DNA of 64,000 bases from a virus (lineage: Duplodnaviria; Caudoviricetes): the IMG/VR virus record IMGVR_UViG_3300032221_000294, positions 35,521-99,520 of that record, one strand, 5' to 3'. The notes below the pieces were generated by a model that worked only from the letters and a program-made list of their open reading frames with translations, made no database searches and was not told where the DNA came from. Both the position numbers and the translations under genes were made by a program. Positions 17,599-26,253 of the stretch are shown one piece after another. Every line of letters begins with the position of its first letter. The stretch's first letter is position 1.

Positions 17599-18321
17599 TC
17601 AGGCCGCCCCGAAAAACCGGTAATTCCCCTCGTCGTCCTCGTAAATAGATCCCTCGTAAGCGTCTGTCCCCCTAGTAATTGCCTCGACGTCTTTGTCGGT
17701 CCACCCCAACACTTTCTTCAGAACTTTTTTTGGTACCGTAGCTGCAAGATCATCGTAGGAGGCGTTTTTGTCAACGTATTTCTGTAATTTCGGGTGCTCC
17801 ATAACCCTTTCGATGGCCTCGTCAACTCTTGATGGTAATCCAGCCTTGGCGAATTCGCCGAGTGCTTCTTGCTTTCTCTTCTTTCCCGTATCCTTGGTCA
17901 CACCCCCTGGCCCGTAAGTGTTATTTTTATGCCCGTATAGACTTGACTTGTACGCGTCAGCTTCTCTGCGTCTTTCCCTTTCACCGGGCGTCATATTCCC
18001 CCTGGTATCGCCCTTCTTATAAGGTTCACGCGCACGACCAGCAGCGTTCGCTGCGAGTTGGTCATACATGGCTTTTCTTTCAGGTGTTTGATTCTTTTTC
18101 TGACGTGCCAGTTTCGCTGCTCTTTCCGCTACTTTGGCTGCTGCGCCTTTGGTGGATTCTACACCTTTGCGGCATTGCCCTCCCGTGCCGTAGATAGACC
18201 CGTCGGGTCGCATACATCGGGTGAAGTCGTAGCTCTCTCCCTCGGAGAAATCCGCAGATTGTGTTTGTGAAACCATCTCCGAATACTGGAGGAGAGCCTT
18301 TTCTGAGAAAGAACCTAGCAT
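17599..18321 (-). CDS. Putative internal head protein, paralog A
   Basis: GSFSE..L..YSE...QTQSADFSEG..YDFTRC.RPDGS.YGTGG.CRKG.E leader shared with 19140..19835. Confidence 0.7.
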   Translation of the reverse strand: MLGSFSEKALLQYSEMVSQTQSADFSEGESYDFTRCMRPDGSIYGTGGQCRKGVESTKGAAAKVAERAAKLARQKKNQTPERKAMYDQLAANAAGRAREPYKKGDTRGNMTPGERERRREADAYKSSLYGHKNNTYGPGGVTKDTGKKRKQEALGEFAKAGLPSRVDEAIERVMEHPKLQKYVDKNASYDDLAATVPKKVLKKVLGWTDKDVEAITRGTDAYEGSIYEDDEGNYRFFGAA

Positions 18322-18352
18322 GATACTAAAGTAATCTGCTCAAGTTTTACCC

Positions 18353-18799
18353 TTAGCGTTTCTTGATCTTGCCCGAGATATCTTGCCCCATCTTGCTATT
18401 GCCCATGAGCTTTTCTTCGTACTCTTTAACTTCCTTTTTGACATCTGCCTTGAGTTTACCTTCCTGAAGCATTTTTTCCTTCTTAGACTCAAGGATTTCA
18501 GGGTCGTAGGGGGCATTCTTCTCTCGCTCTTTCTTCGCCTTTTCCTTGCCCTTCTGCATTGTTTTCGCAGTTTGCTCACGCTTGGCAAGTTCTTCTTTGT
18601 GAACGAGTTTCCCTTCTTCGTCAAACTTGTGGTCTTTTGGAAGCTCGGGGGGAGTGTACTCTTGGTGAATTTCCTGCGCCAGGCGATCAAGAAGTTGGTC
18701 GTACGAGTCACGCAGGCGCCGTCTGCAAACGCCGGCAGCAGCCACAGTCATCGGGCCACAGGGAATCCTGTGCTGAGTAATTTCTTCGAGTGCGTTCAT
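18353..18799 (-). CDS. Lys/Glu-rich protein, putative internal head protein
   Basis: Likely start MNALEE; CGPMTVAAAGVCRR motif. Confidence 0.55.
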   Translation of the reverse strand: MNALEEITQHRIPCGPMTVAAAGVCRRRLRDSYDQLLDRLAQEIHQEYTPPELPKDHKFDEEGKLVHKEELAKREQTAKTMQKGKEKAKKEREKNAPYDPEILESKKEKMLQEGKLKADVKKEVKEYEEKLMGNSKMGQDISGKIKKR

Positions 18800-18800
18800 G

Positions 18801-19136
18801 TTAGGCTCCTTTTCTTTGGCGAATGCGACCGTCGTTGTGCTCGTCGTAGTGAACTCCCTTCCTCTTTTCCTTGCGGGGGTTTGAGTCCTGACGATTTGTT
18901 TCCCGCATCGACTGAACCATTGTGTCGCGCATGTTGCGAAGTTGCTCACGCGGCAGAGTGCAATGATCGCTGTCACGATAGGAACGATACCAGCGGCAAA
19001 CTTCCGACGGGTCGTCAGCCTGGAGCATCATATTCCACACCCCGAGTGCTTGCGCATCGGCTAGGGTGCCAGGCTTGAGTTTGGCCTCAATTTCGTGCCG
19101 CTCGGGGCGATTGAATCGGGTGTCTTTGCGCATCAC
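18801..19136 (-). CDS. Hypothetical protein
   Basis: 111-aa ORF tiling the cluster. Confidence 0.6.
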   Translation of the reverse strand: MMRKDTRFNRPERHEIEAKLKPGTLADAQALGVWNMMLQADDPSEVCRWYRSYRDSDHCTLPREQLRNMRDTMVQSMRETNRQDSNPRKEKRKGVHYDEHNDGRIRQRKGA

Positions 19137-19139
19137 TGA

Positions 19140-19835
19140 TCAGAGTTTTCCTATTTGCCATTTAATACCGACGTCACTAGTCCACGGATGCACGACTGTA
19201 TATCCGTCTTTGGTTTTCTTTACTTGAAAATTATCGCCTCCTTGCTTCTTATTAAGAGCGTTAGCAAGCTCTTGAGCTTTGTTTTTGGGGAAAATTAAAG
19301 AATCGGACGAACGCTCTGACGAAGTTCCTTTTGAACTCTTCTGTCCCTTACCCGCAAGCTGAGCCAGAGCATTTTTAGCATAGCGGGAAAAGGAACCTTT
19401 GGCCCCATCTTCTTGATAACGATCTGAAGCATTATCGAGAGCACTAACGAGTTTTTGTTTTTGTTCGGGGTTTAATTTTAGGCCCAGTGCTTTTTCTAAC
19501 TTGGGTGCGAGTGTCTCCCCGGCATACCCAGGGGTGGAATCTGACTCTCCGTCCTCAAAGGCCATAAACGCTTTGTCCCAAGCCTTATACAAACCATCTA
19601 CGATTTTGGCAGCATCTTTCTTTGGTCCACCCGACGCTCTCTTCGCTTTTTCTTCAATTTCTTTAGCGCCTTCCGTGCCCTTTCGGCATTTACCCCCAGT
19701 GCCATACGCCGACCCGTCGGGTCTCACGCAACGGGTGAAGTCGTAGGTATATCCTTCAGAGAAATCCGCAGCTTGAGTCTGAGCCGCAAGTTCTGCGAAG
19801 TGACGCAAAGCGTCTTCAGAAAAATGACCGTTCAT
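19140..19835 (-). CDS. Putative internal head protein, paralog B
   Basis: Start MNGHFSE, 22 nt after GGGTAAAA; same leader as 17599..18321 with an unrelated C-terminus. Confidence 0.7.
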   Translation of the reverse strand: MNGHFSEDALRHFAELAAQTQAADFSEGYTYDFTRCVRPDGSAYGTGGKCRKGTEGAKEIEEKAKRASGGPKKDAAKIVDGLYKAWDKAFMAFEDGESDSTPGYAGETLAPKLEKALGLKLNPEQKQKLVSALDNASDRYQEDGAKGSFSRYAKNALAQLAGKGQKSSKGTSSERSSDSLIFPKNKAQELANALNKKQGGDNFQVKKTKDGYTVVHPWTSDVGIKWQIGKL

Positions 19836-19872
19836 GGCTGTAAAATAATATACAAGTTTTACCCCCTTGGTG

Positions 19873-21720
19873 TTACAAATCTGCGATTTGTTGAAGTACC
19901 TCGTCTTGAATGTCTTTGATCTTCGGCGCAAGGAAATCAATTAACCCTGTCCTCGTTGAATACTGCGTTTCTCGAACTCTATTTCCTTTGTATTTTTCTT
20001 CGTTTAAGTCGAGAAGTTTCCTCTGAGCCCCGCTCAAAATTGAGCCCATCTTCATCAAACCCCCGTTATCTCCCTTTTCCTGGAGCTCAGCGACTTTATC
20101 CGCTAGAGCTTTACCGACGGACGCGCCTCCTACATCTTTTCCGTACCAGTACAGAGGTTTGGGCACAGAACGTAAACTCCCCTCCTTGGCTGACTGGATT
20201 CCAATAGCAACGGTTCGTGACGAATCTGTCCACGCGGAGACAACTTTACCCATTAGATTTGCCCGGTCTCCCGCGTTAAGCTCATTAGTGGGGATAAGGG
20301 CAATAGACGCTAACGCTTTTTGAGGATCTAGAATCTTGTCTAAGATGTCATCCCCGATTGTTTTCTTTGCTGAGTTTATTTCTTCCCGTTTTTCGTGGAA
20401 AAGTTTACCGTCTTCCGTGAGTTTTCCGTTTCCGTCAAAAGTTATCATCCGTGGCTTACCCGAGGTCTTTGAGGTGTTGGTGTTGAACCAACCTGCGGTG
20501 TTAGTTGTTAGCAGGTAATCCGGACTGCCTTCCCCTTTCCCTCGGTTTATTCGAGAGTTTGTTAACGACCAGTTGTTCCCGATATTGGCATTTGCACCTG
20601 CGACCCCCGCTGGTATCAAGTGCTCTAAGTCCACGCTCAACAAATTCAGTTTCTCCCCCGTGTATACGTCCTTGAATCCTGACTCCATAGCGATCTTCAT
20701 AATTAAGAAAGATTTTGCCTTATCCTCCTCTGCTTTTGACATCTTCTTCCCCGAGGGAATTACGTCTCCCTTCGGAGTTACAGATCTGTAGGATCCAGGA
20801 ATTTCTGAACTTCCCGCACTCTTCAGATAGGTGAAAACTTGGGGGGGCATCAGACCCATCATAAAATGGACCTCTGAGTCTTTGACGTCCTGATTTCTGT
20901 ACCATTTTGCGAAAGGTTCTAGTGCCTTGGAAAATTCTTCAGGGTTCTTATATTTACCTGTCTTATAGTTGTCATAGACACTCGTAAGTTCTTTAAATTT
21001 GTCTTGACGCTCTTTCGAGGCCATTCGTTCTATGCCCTCGTTAGAAACAACTGGGGCTACATCTTTCCTCCCGTATAAGACGTCAAAAGCCTGACTCACC
21101 ATGTCCCGCATTTTTTGCCTGCGCTCTTTAGGGTCGGGGTAATCTTTGGTTAAGCCGTTGATCCCCTCCCGAAGAAAAGAAGTCCTTTCTTTCAACTCAG
21201 TTTGAACTTTCCCCGTTCTAAATTCTTTTGGCAGGGTGTCTTCCGCCAGTTTTCCTTTCACAAGCGAGTTAGAGAAACCTGTGTATTGTTTAAATCGTTT
21301 TGCGGCTTCAGCGGTGGTCAAGTTTCCTTGAGCAATTTCTGATTTCAAGTAATTTCGTACTTTAGTGACTTCTCCTGAAATTTCTGCAGGTAACTGCAGG
21401 ATGCAGTCGTTGCGGTAGAAAATGCAGGAAGCCCCACAAGATTTACCTTTCTTACACCGGTCACGTTTTGCGGAGAAGCTTTTTCTTTGAGCTGCCGCAT
21501 TCATTGCGCTCTCTTTCTTCGCTTCTGTGATCACTTTCTTTCCCCCGTCAGACGTCTTTTTAGGGGACCCACCTGTTTGAGGGGAAGCCGCTGGTTTACC
21601 GGGCAGAGGTGAAGATTCACCTACAATCCCTTGTCTTTGCCCAAGGCGCTCTACTTTTGCATCATCCCCTTGCATATTGCGGGAGTCTGCAAAATCAAAC
21701 CAGCGATACTTACTTCCCAT
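19873..21720 (-). CDS. Large basic protein with Cys4 module and HNH nuclease domain
   Basis: RCKKGKSCGASCIFYRNDC; DVYTG...DLEHLIP...NNWSLTNSRINRGKG (HNH). Confidence 0.7.
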   Translation of the reverse strand: MGSKYRWFDFADSRNMQGDDAKVERLGQRQGIVGESSPLPGKPAASPQTGGSPKKTSDGGKKVITEAKKESAMNAAAQRKSFSAKRDRCKKGKSCGASCIFYRNDCILQLPAEISGEVTKVRNYLKSEIAQGNLTTAEAAKRFKQYTGFSNSLVKGKLAEDTLPKEFRTGKVQTELKERTSFLREGINGLTKDYPDPKERRQKMRDMVSQAFDVLYGRKDVAPVVSNEGIERMASKERQDKFKELTSVYDNYKTGKYKNPEEFSKALEPFAKWYRNQDVKDSEVHFMMGLMPPQVFTYLKSAGSSEIPGSYRSVTPKGDVIPSGKKMSKAEEDKAKSFLIMKIAMESGFKDVYTGEKLNLLSVDLEHLIPAGVAGANANIGNNWSLTNSRINRGKGEGSPDYLLTTNTAGWFNTNTSKTSGKPRMITFDGNGKLTEDGKLFHEKREEINSAKKTIGDDILDKILDPQKALASIALIPTNELNAGDRANLMGKVVSAWTDSSRTVAIGIQSAKEGSLRSVPKPLYWYGKDVGGASVGKALADKVAELQEKGDNGGLMKMGSILSGAQRKLLDLNEEKYKGNRVRETQYSTRTGLIDFLAPKIKDIQDEVLQQIADL

Positions 21721-21725
21721 TGCAG

Positions 21726-22547
21726 TTAATCTTCGTAGCGGTCGAGTATGTGAGCGATGACGGAGTTGCGAACGATGTCCTCTTTCGAGAACTCTACGAT
21801 ACCAACTTCCGTCAGGTGACGCAGCCGATGAATAGCATCAACCAGGCCATTCTCCCTCCGGAAAACTTCCATATCGGTCTGTTTCGTGTCTCCAATCAGA
21901 AGGATCTTCGAATCTTTGCCGACACGGGTTAGAACCGTTTTGATTTGTGAAGGGAGGAAGTTTTGAGACTCATCCACAATGATGAAAGCCTCGTTAAGCG
22001 ACCGTCCTCGAATATCTTCCAGGAGGACAGGCTCGATAATTTTCTTGTTCAGTAGGTACTCACTTGCGCCATGGGACTTCATGATGCAGGGCAAGTTGTC
22101 AAGAACAGGCGCAATCAGGGGTGCGATCTTCTCGGAAAGGTCTCCAGGCAGCGCTCCGCGCCCGCGCTGGAATTCAACACCTACGTCACTTCGAACGTAG
22201 TACACCTTATCAAAATCACCAGAGGCGACACCAAACAATCCGTAGTGCAACGCAATCAGCGTCTTTCCGGTCCCGGCACACCCATGTGCGAGAGTAACAG
22301 TGTTTTTCTTAAGGGTGTTCCACAGGTCTTCTTGCCGCCAAGTCAGAAACTTGGGAGGCATGACATCCATACCTTTCGAGTAGGAATGCTCTAACATCTG
22401 GGCATTTTCGGAACGGCGAGCCTTGCGCTTTGTCTTTGAGTCTAACATGTTTAAGGGAGTGGGACAGTCGGTGGGTAGTTCATACACTTTGCTGCTTAAT
22501 AGGATTACATCCTTATCACCCCCTTCAGAACTAGTGGGACGAGTCAT
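21726..22547 (-). CDS. phoH: PhoH-like ATPase
   Basis: GCAGTGKT Walker A, GALPGDLSEKIAP, IRGRSL, DESQN, LTRVG, GDTKQTD, DIVRN; start 22547 or 22448. Confidence 0.92.
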   Translation of the reverse strand: MTRPTSSEGGDKDVILLSSKVYELPTDCPTPLNMLDSKTKRKARRSENAQMLEHSYSKGMDVMPPKFLTWRQEDLWNTLKKNTVTLAHGCAGTGKTLIALHYGLFGVASGDFDKVYYVRSDVGVEFQRGRGALPGDLSEKIAPLIAPVLDNLPCIMKSHGASEYLLNKKIIEPVLLEDIRGRSLNEAFIIVDESQNFLPSQIKTVLTRVGKDSKILLIGDTKQTDMEVFRRENGLVDAIHRLRHLTEVGIVEFSKEDIVRNSVIAHILDRYED

Positions 22548-22669
22548 GGTTGGAAGGGAAACTCGTACAGTAGGTTTTACCCTACTAATCTGGCGAGCAC
22601 CGTTCGGCGGGTAAAATTGAAATAAATTAGTGAACGCAACTTCACACGAAATGATAACAACCATTTGTT

Positions 22670-23134
22670 TTGGTCAGAGTTGTGGCTGAAAATCAAAATA
22701 GCGAGTACAGTTTACTTTTTGGCGACGACCTGAGTACAGCGTCCGTCCAAGCTCAAGTTGTAGAGCTACTAGTGAACACCAAAATCTACAGCCTCGACCT
22801 TGCAAGAGGTAGACTCAATAAAGTCGTGATGGTGATTTTACACAAACCCACAAGCGCGGTGGTAGGGGTGGTAACAGGTTCTGAACGGTATTCCCATTGC
22901 CTGAATGGCAGATACTGCCATCTCGGGGTGGTCATTTTACCTCACCACTCCAACAGACCAAAAATCCTTGAAAGGGTGTTCAATTTTCTTCGTGACTCTA
23001 AGCATCCTCACCTAAAAGGGGTCGCCATTTTTCGAAAAAATCGCAAGATCTCAGACAACCTTCTGAGGCGGTATAAATTCAAACCCTCCATCAAACCTGA
23101 TTTGTATTTCAGAGATTTTAACACAACGGGTTAA
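22670..23134 (+). CDS. Hypothetical protein (weak GNAT-like pattern)
   Basis: TTG-start ORF 1 nt before the desaturase; plus-strand GGGTAAAA at 22609-22616. Confidence 0.5.
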   Translation: MVRVVAENQNSEYSLLFGDDLSTASVQAQVVELLVNTKIYSLDLARGRLNKVVMVILHKPTSAVVGVVTGSERYSHCLNGRYCHLGVVILPHHSNRPKILERVFNFLRDSKHPHLKGVAIFRKNRKISDNLLRRYKFKPSIKPDLYFRDFNTTG

Positions 23135-23135
23135 G

Positions 23136-23819
23136 ATGAAATTACACAGAAACGCGAGACTGTACACAACTCTTTACATACTAAGTCACTTCGTCCTGGG
23201 GGTGTATTTTTACGTTTTCGGCTACACCTACGCGATAACCTCTTTATTCCTGGGACTACTCATTTTCAATACCGCTACCTATGCGTTTATGCATAGGGCA
23301 GTCGCACACAATCAGTTTCACTTTTCTCCCCGAATCAAGAGGTTTCTGTGCAATCTCTTTTCAATGTGCGGGTTCGGTAGCCTTGCCGTGAATTGCGCAG
23401 TTCATACTCAACACCACAAGTACAGCGACACTCAACTCGACCCGCACGATTTTCGTCGGGTAGGCCTGGTAAAAACAGTTTTCAAACAATGGGACGAAAA
23501 GTACTACCCGCCGGTGAAATCTTACGCAAGATATTTAAGGGACCACGAGATTCTTTTGCAGCATCGAAATAACGCTAAATTCTTTCTCTTTTCATCCCTT
23601 GTGTTTCCCTTTATACCGGTGGTGTCCTTTTGGATGCTGAACCTAATCTTTATTGTGAATCACCTGGGGGAGGGTGATAGCTCCCTGAATGTTCCCGTCC
23701 TGTACCCGCTGATGTGGGGGGAGGAATTTCACTCTGATCACCACTCCCACCCCGAAAGAAGAAAAATGCACAAACTAGACCTTATCTTCCTGATAGCTTC
23801 CTTTCTGGAGCGAGTTTAA
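23136..23819 (+). CDS. Membrane fatty acid desaturase (Delta-9, DesC-like)
   Basis: Three His boxes HRAVAH, HTQHHKYSD..DPH, GEEFHSDHH; hydrophobic segments. Confidence 0.85.
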   Translation: MKLHRNARLYTTLYILSHFVLGVYFYVFGYTYAITSLFLGLLIFNTATYAFMHRAVAHNQFHFSPRIKRFLCNLFSMCGFGSLAVNCAVHTQHHKYSDTQLDPHDFRRVGLVKTVFKQWDEKYYPPVKSYARYLRDHEILLQHRNNAKFFLFSSLVFPFIPVVSFWMLNLIFIVNHLGEGDSSLNVPVLYPLMWGEEFHSDHHSHPERRKMHKLDLIFLIASFLERV

Positions 23820-23823
23820 CCCT

Positions 23824-24021
23824 TTAGTGAAGCCGCTCGGCGAAGTCATCAAATCCGTCTTTTCCGCCGCACCATCGGGAGTACCGGTCGTCCGGCACGT
23901 TGTATTGTTTGACTTTTGCTTTTGTCAAATACTTGTCAGCTATTGGCGAAGTTGCCAATACCACAGTGCCATACTCGGCACGCATAATCTCACTGTTAAA
24001 GTCAGTTGGATGAATAGCCAT
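23824..24021 (-). CDS. Hypothetical protein
   Basis: MAIHPTDFNSE... 65 aa downstream of the terminase. Confidence 0.55.
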   Translation of the reverse strand: MAIHPTDFNSEIMRAEYGTVVLATSPIADKYLTKAKVKQYNVPDDRYSRWCGGKDGFDDFAERLH

Positions 24022-24081
24022 GGTAATCTGTCTTGAGGACAGCAACTTTTATTTTATACCGTGGTGGTTACCAATCACCAC

Positions 24082-25815
24082 TCAGTCGTAACCAATGCGA
24101 CCCCTGCCGCCCCTTCTGCTGCTAACGAAAGGTGAACGAGCGTCGACACCCATTGTTGAGGCATCGTAATCCGGATCGTTAATCGCGGTGTCACCTGTGA
24201 ACAACTTCTGCCGCCCTGTGCGAATTTCCCCAAAGACGGACTTATCACCGAGTCCTTCACGAAGAAGGTCTCCTTTGAATCGTTTGTTCTGAATAATCGT
24301 TTCCTGAAGTCCACGATCAACAACGTCCATTTTCATCGCATAGTAAGTGAGCGCCCAAGTAAAAGCATCCGTGCTGTCGTCGTGACGAACAAACGGAAAT
24401 GCGGTTAGTTCTTTGATGAAGGCGTCGGTCCAGTATCCCTGAACCAGTTTAACCCGGCTGTTCTCCAGTAAAGGACAAATCGCCTGCAATCTTGTAGTCT
24501 TTGACTTCAAGGGTCGCATCTCTTCGATCGGAACTTTTGCTTCTTTTCGAAGAACTTGAATGAGCGAGTGGCCCGACGCGGCCTTTTCGATGCATAGAAC
24601 TTTTGCCTGGTAATGAGCGTAGTTTTGTTTTACAGCTTCGACTAAGTCAGGGAATCCCCAGCGACCTTTCACGATCTCTCGAATGTAAATCACAGTCGGG
24701 TCTCGCATACTAATTCCGGCCACACAAATTGCCGTTTCGTCCGCCATCTGCTTCTCCGAGAAAGCGCAGTCGGCGGCCAGCCATACAACGTCAAGTGGGG
24801 GACAATCCTCCTCCTCTACAACTTCGATCCAGCTGTTCTTGACAATCTGACCTTCTGAGGCAACAGGAACACCTTGGTAAAGTGCCGCGAATTTGAAGCT
24901 GCCCATGATCTTCTTCTGCGACTCAAGCATCGGCACAGAAAAAGTTGGGTTATCGGCCCAGTGTGACTCCCCCATCGAACGTTGGAGGGGGTCAGTAGAC
25001 GGATCTTCGCAAAGTCCTGCGACATTGATCCAGCGCCAACCGAACTCGTTGTCAATTTCATCGTAAAGGCCATCACCATCCATCAGAACGCCATGCAGAT
25101 CTTTCTCGTGAAAACGAGTTGCGATGATCATTTGGCAGTAATGGTTAGTTCTTCGCGTCGACGCCTGCTCCTGCCACCATGATTCGAGGTTGTCAAGTGC
25201 TTGTTTCGAATCCGATGATTTCAACGGGTCGTCAATTACCATGGCGCCAACGCCAGGGCTGTCCATATCCGTGGTTCCGGCGGTGAAGCCAGTTAGCACC
25301 CCCCCAACAGATGTAGAAAGGATGAAACCGCCACCAACCATGTCATACTTTGAGTCCGGGCAGAATCCAAGCCATTCGGGAAAAACCCGCTTGAACTCCT
25401 TCGACTTCATCATATGAACTACTTCACGGTGAAATTTGAAGGAGAGGGAAGCACCGTAGGAGGCAATGACGTGCTGTGTTCTTTGGTCCCTTCCGAGCAG
25501 CCACGCCAGGAACATAGTTGCAAGCATTGACTTTCCCGAACGCGGCGGGCAGGAAACAATCAATCGCTTGTACCTTCTCGTAGCAAGGTCTTCAAATGCC
25601 GAGCCGATCAATTCGTGAAATGGGGCAACCTGAAGGTCGCCATGCTTCATGATATCGCAGAAGGCAAGGAAGCAATCTCGGGCAGCTTTGTGCCGAAACT
25701 CTTGAATTACCATGCGCGGAGCTTCCATGAGCGTTAGTTCACGTATGCCCCGCTGGTATTTTCTCCATGAGCTATGTTCTTCCAGCTGGCTGGCTTTCGT
25801 GATTATGGGGCGCAT
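24082..25815 (-). CDS. terL: Terminase large subunit
   Basis: PPRSGKS Walker A, IDDPLK Walker B, TRFHEKDL, YQG.P, IEKAASG, FP..RHDDSTDA nuclease. Confidence 0.95.
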   Translation of the reverse strand: MRPIITKASQLEEHSSWRKYQRGIRELTLMEAPRMVIQEFRHKAARDCFLAFCDIMKHGDLQVAPFHELIGSAFEDLATRRYKRLIVSCPPRSGKSMLATMFLAWLLGRDQRTQHVIASYGASLSFKFHREVVHMMKSKEFKRVFPEWLGFCPDSKYDMVGGGFILSTSVGGVLTGFTAGTTDMDSPGVGAMVIDDPLKSSDSKQALDNLESWWQEQASTRRTNHYCQMIIATRFHEKDLHGVLMDGDGLYDEIDNEFGWRWINVAGLCEDPSTDPLQRSMGESHWADNPTFSVPMLESQKKIMGSFKFAALYQGVPVASEGQIVKNSWIEVVEEEDCPPLDVVWLAADCAFSEKQMADETAICVAGISMRDPTVIYIREIVKGRWGFPDLVEAVKQNYAHYQAKVLCIEKAASGHSLIQVLRKEAKVPIEEMRPLKSKTTRLQAICPLLENSRVKLVQGYWTDAFIKELTAFPFVRHDDSTDAFTWALTYYAMKMDVVDRGLQETIIQNKRFKGDLLREGLGDKSVFGEIRTGRQKLFTGDTAINDPDYDASTMGVDARSPFVSSRRGGRGRIGYD

Positions 25816-25816
25816 T

Positions 25817-26095
25817 TCAATCTCCCGTCAGTTTCTTCAGGAGCTCCCCAACTTTCCCGTCGTACGCAACCGCAAGCTCTTGCTCGCTCTTGGAATCAAT
25901 CTGTGTGAGGGAAACGATGTCCGAGGTGATTTCTCTGTGCGCTTTGATCGCGCTGTTAAAGATGGAAACGAGGTCTCGAGTGGAGCACTCTTCCATCTGG
26001 TTGGCAAGCTGGTCTAGAGCATCTTTCGCCACAAGAAGGGTGTCTTGCGCAAGGATCTCTTTCTGCTTGATAATGTCTTCGCGTGATTTAGCCAT
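25817..26095 (-). CDS. Putative terminase small subunit
   Basis: Helical protein immediately upstream of terL; likely start MAKSRED. Confidence 0.5.
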   Translation of the reverse strand: MAKSREDIIKQKEILAQDTLLVAKDALDQLANQMEECSTRDLVSIFNSAIKAHREITSDIVSLTQIDSKSEQELAVAYDGKVGELLKKLTGD

Positions 26096-26253
26096 TAGTA
26101 AAGCCTCTTTCTGCATTTGGAGCAACCGCCTCTCGGCGGCGGGGGATTCCCCTTGTAAGCCATGATCTTTTGCAAGATCTTTTTCGCTTCTTCCATTTCA
26201 TTCCGCTGTACGGCGGTGTGGTAGCTATGCCAAAGTTCTTGAGATGAGTTCAT
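26095..26253 (-). CDS. 52-aa protein with C-terminal CxxC
   Basis: Manual translation MNSSQELWHSY...GGCSKCRKRLY*; TAATG overlaps at both ends; missed by the track. Confidence 0.6.
   Translation of the reverse strand: MNSSQELWHSYHTAVQRNEMEEAKKILQKIMAYKGNPPPPRGGCSKCRKRLY

Noticed and set aside
21726-22664. Extended N-termini given by the track (phoH 22664, 19940, 18976, 53049, 54002)
   Set aside because: They run through upstream late motifs or neighbouring genes, or lie in a probable structured leader; downstream ATGs fit better
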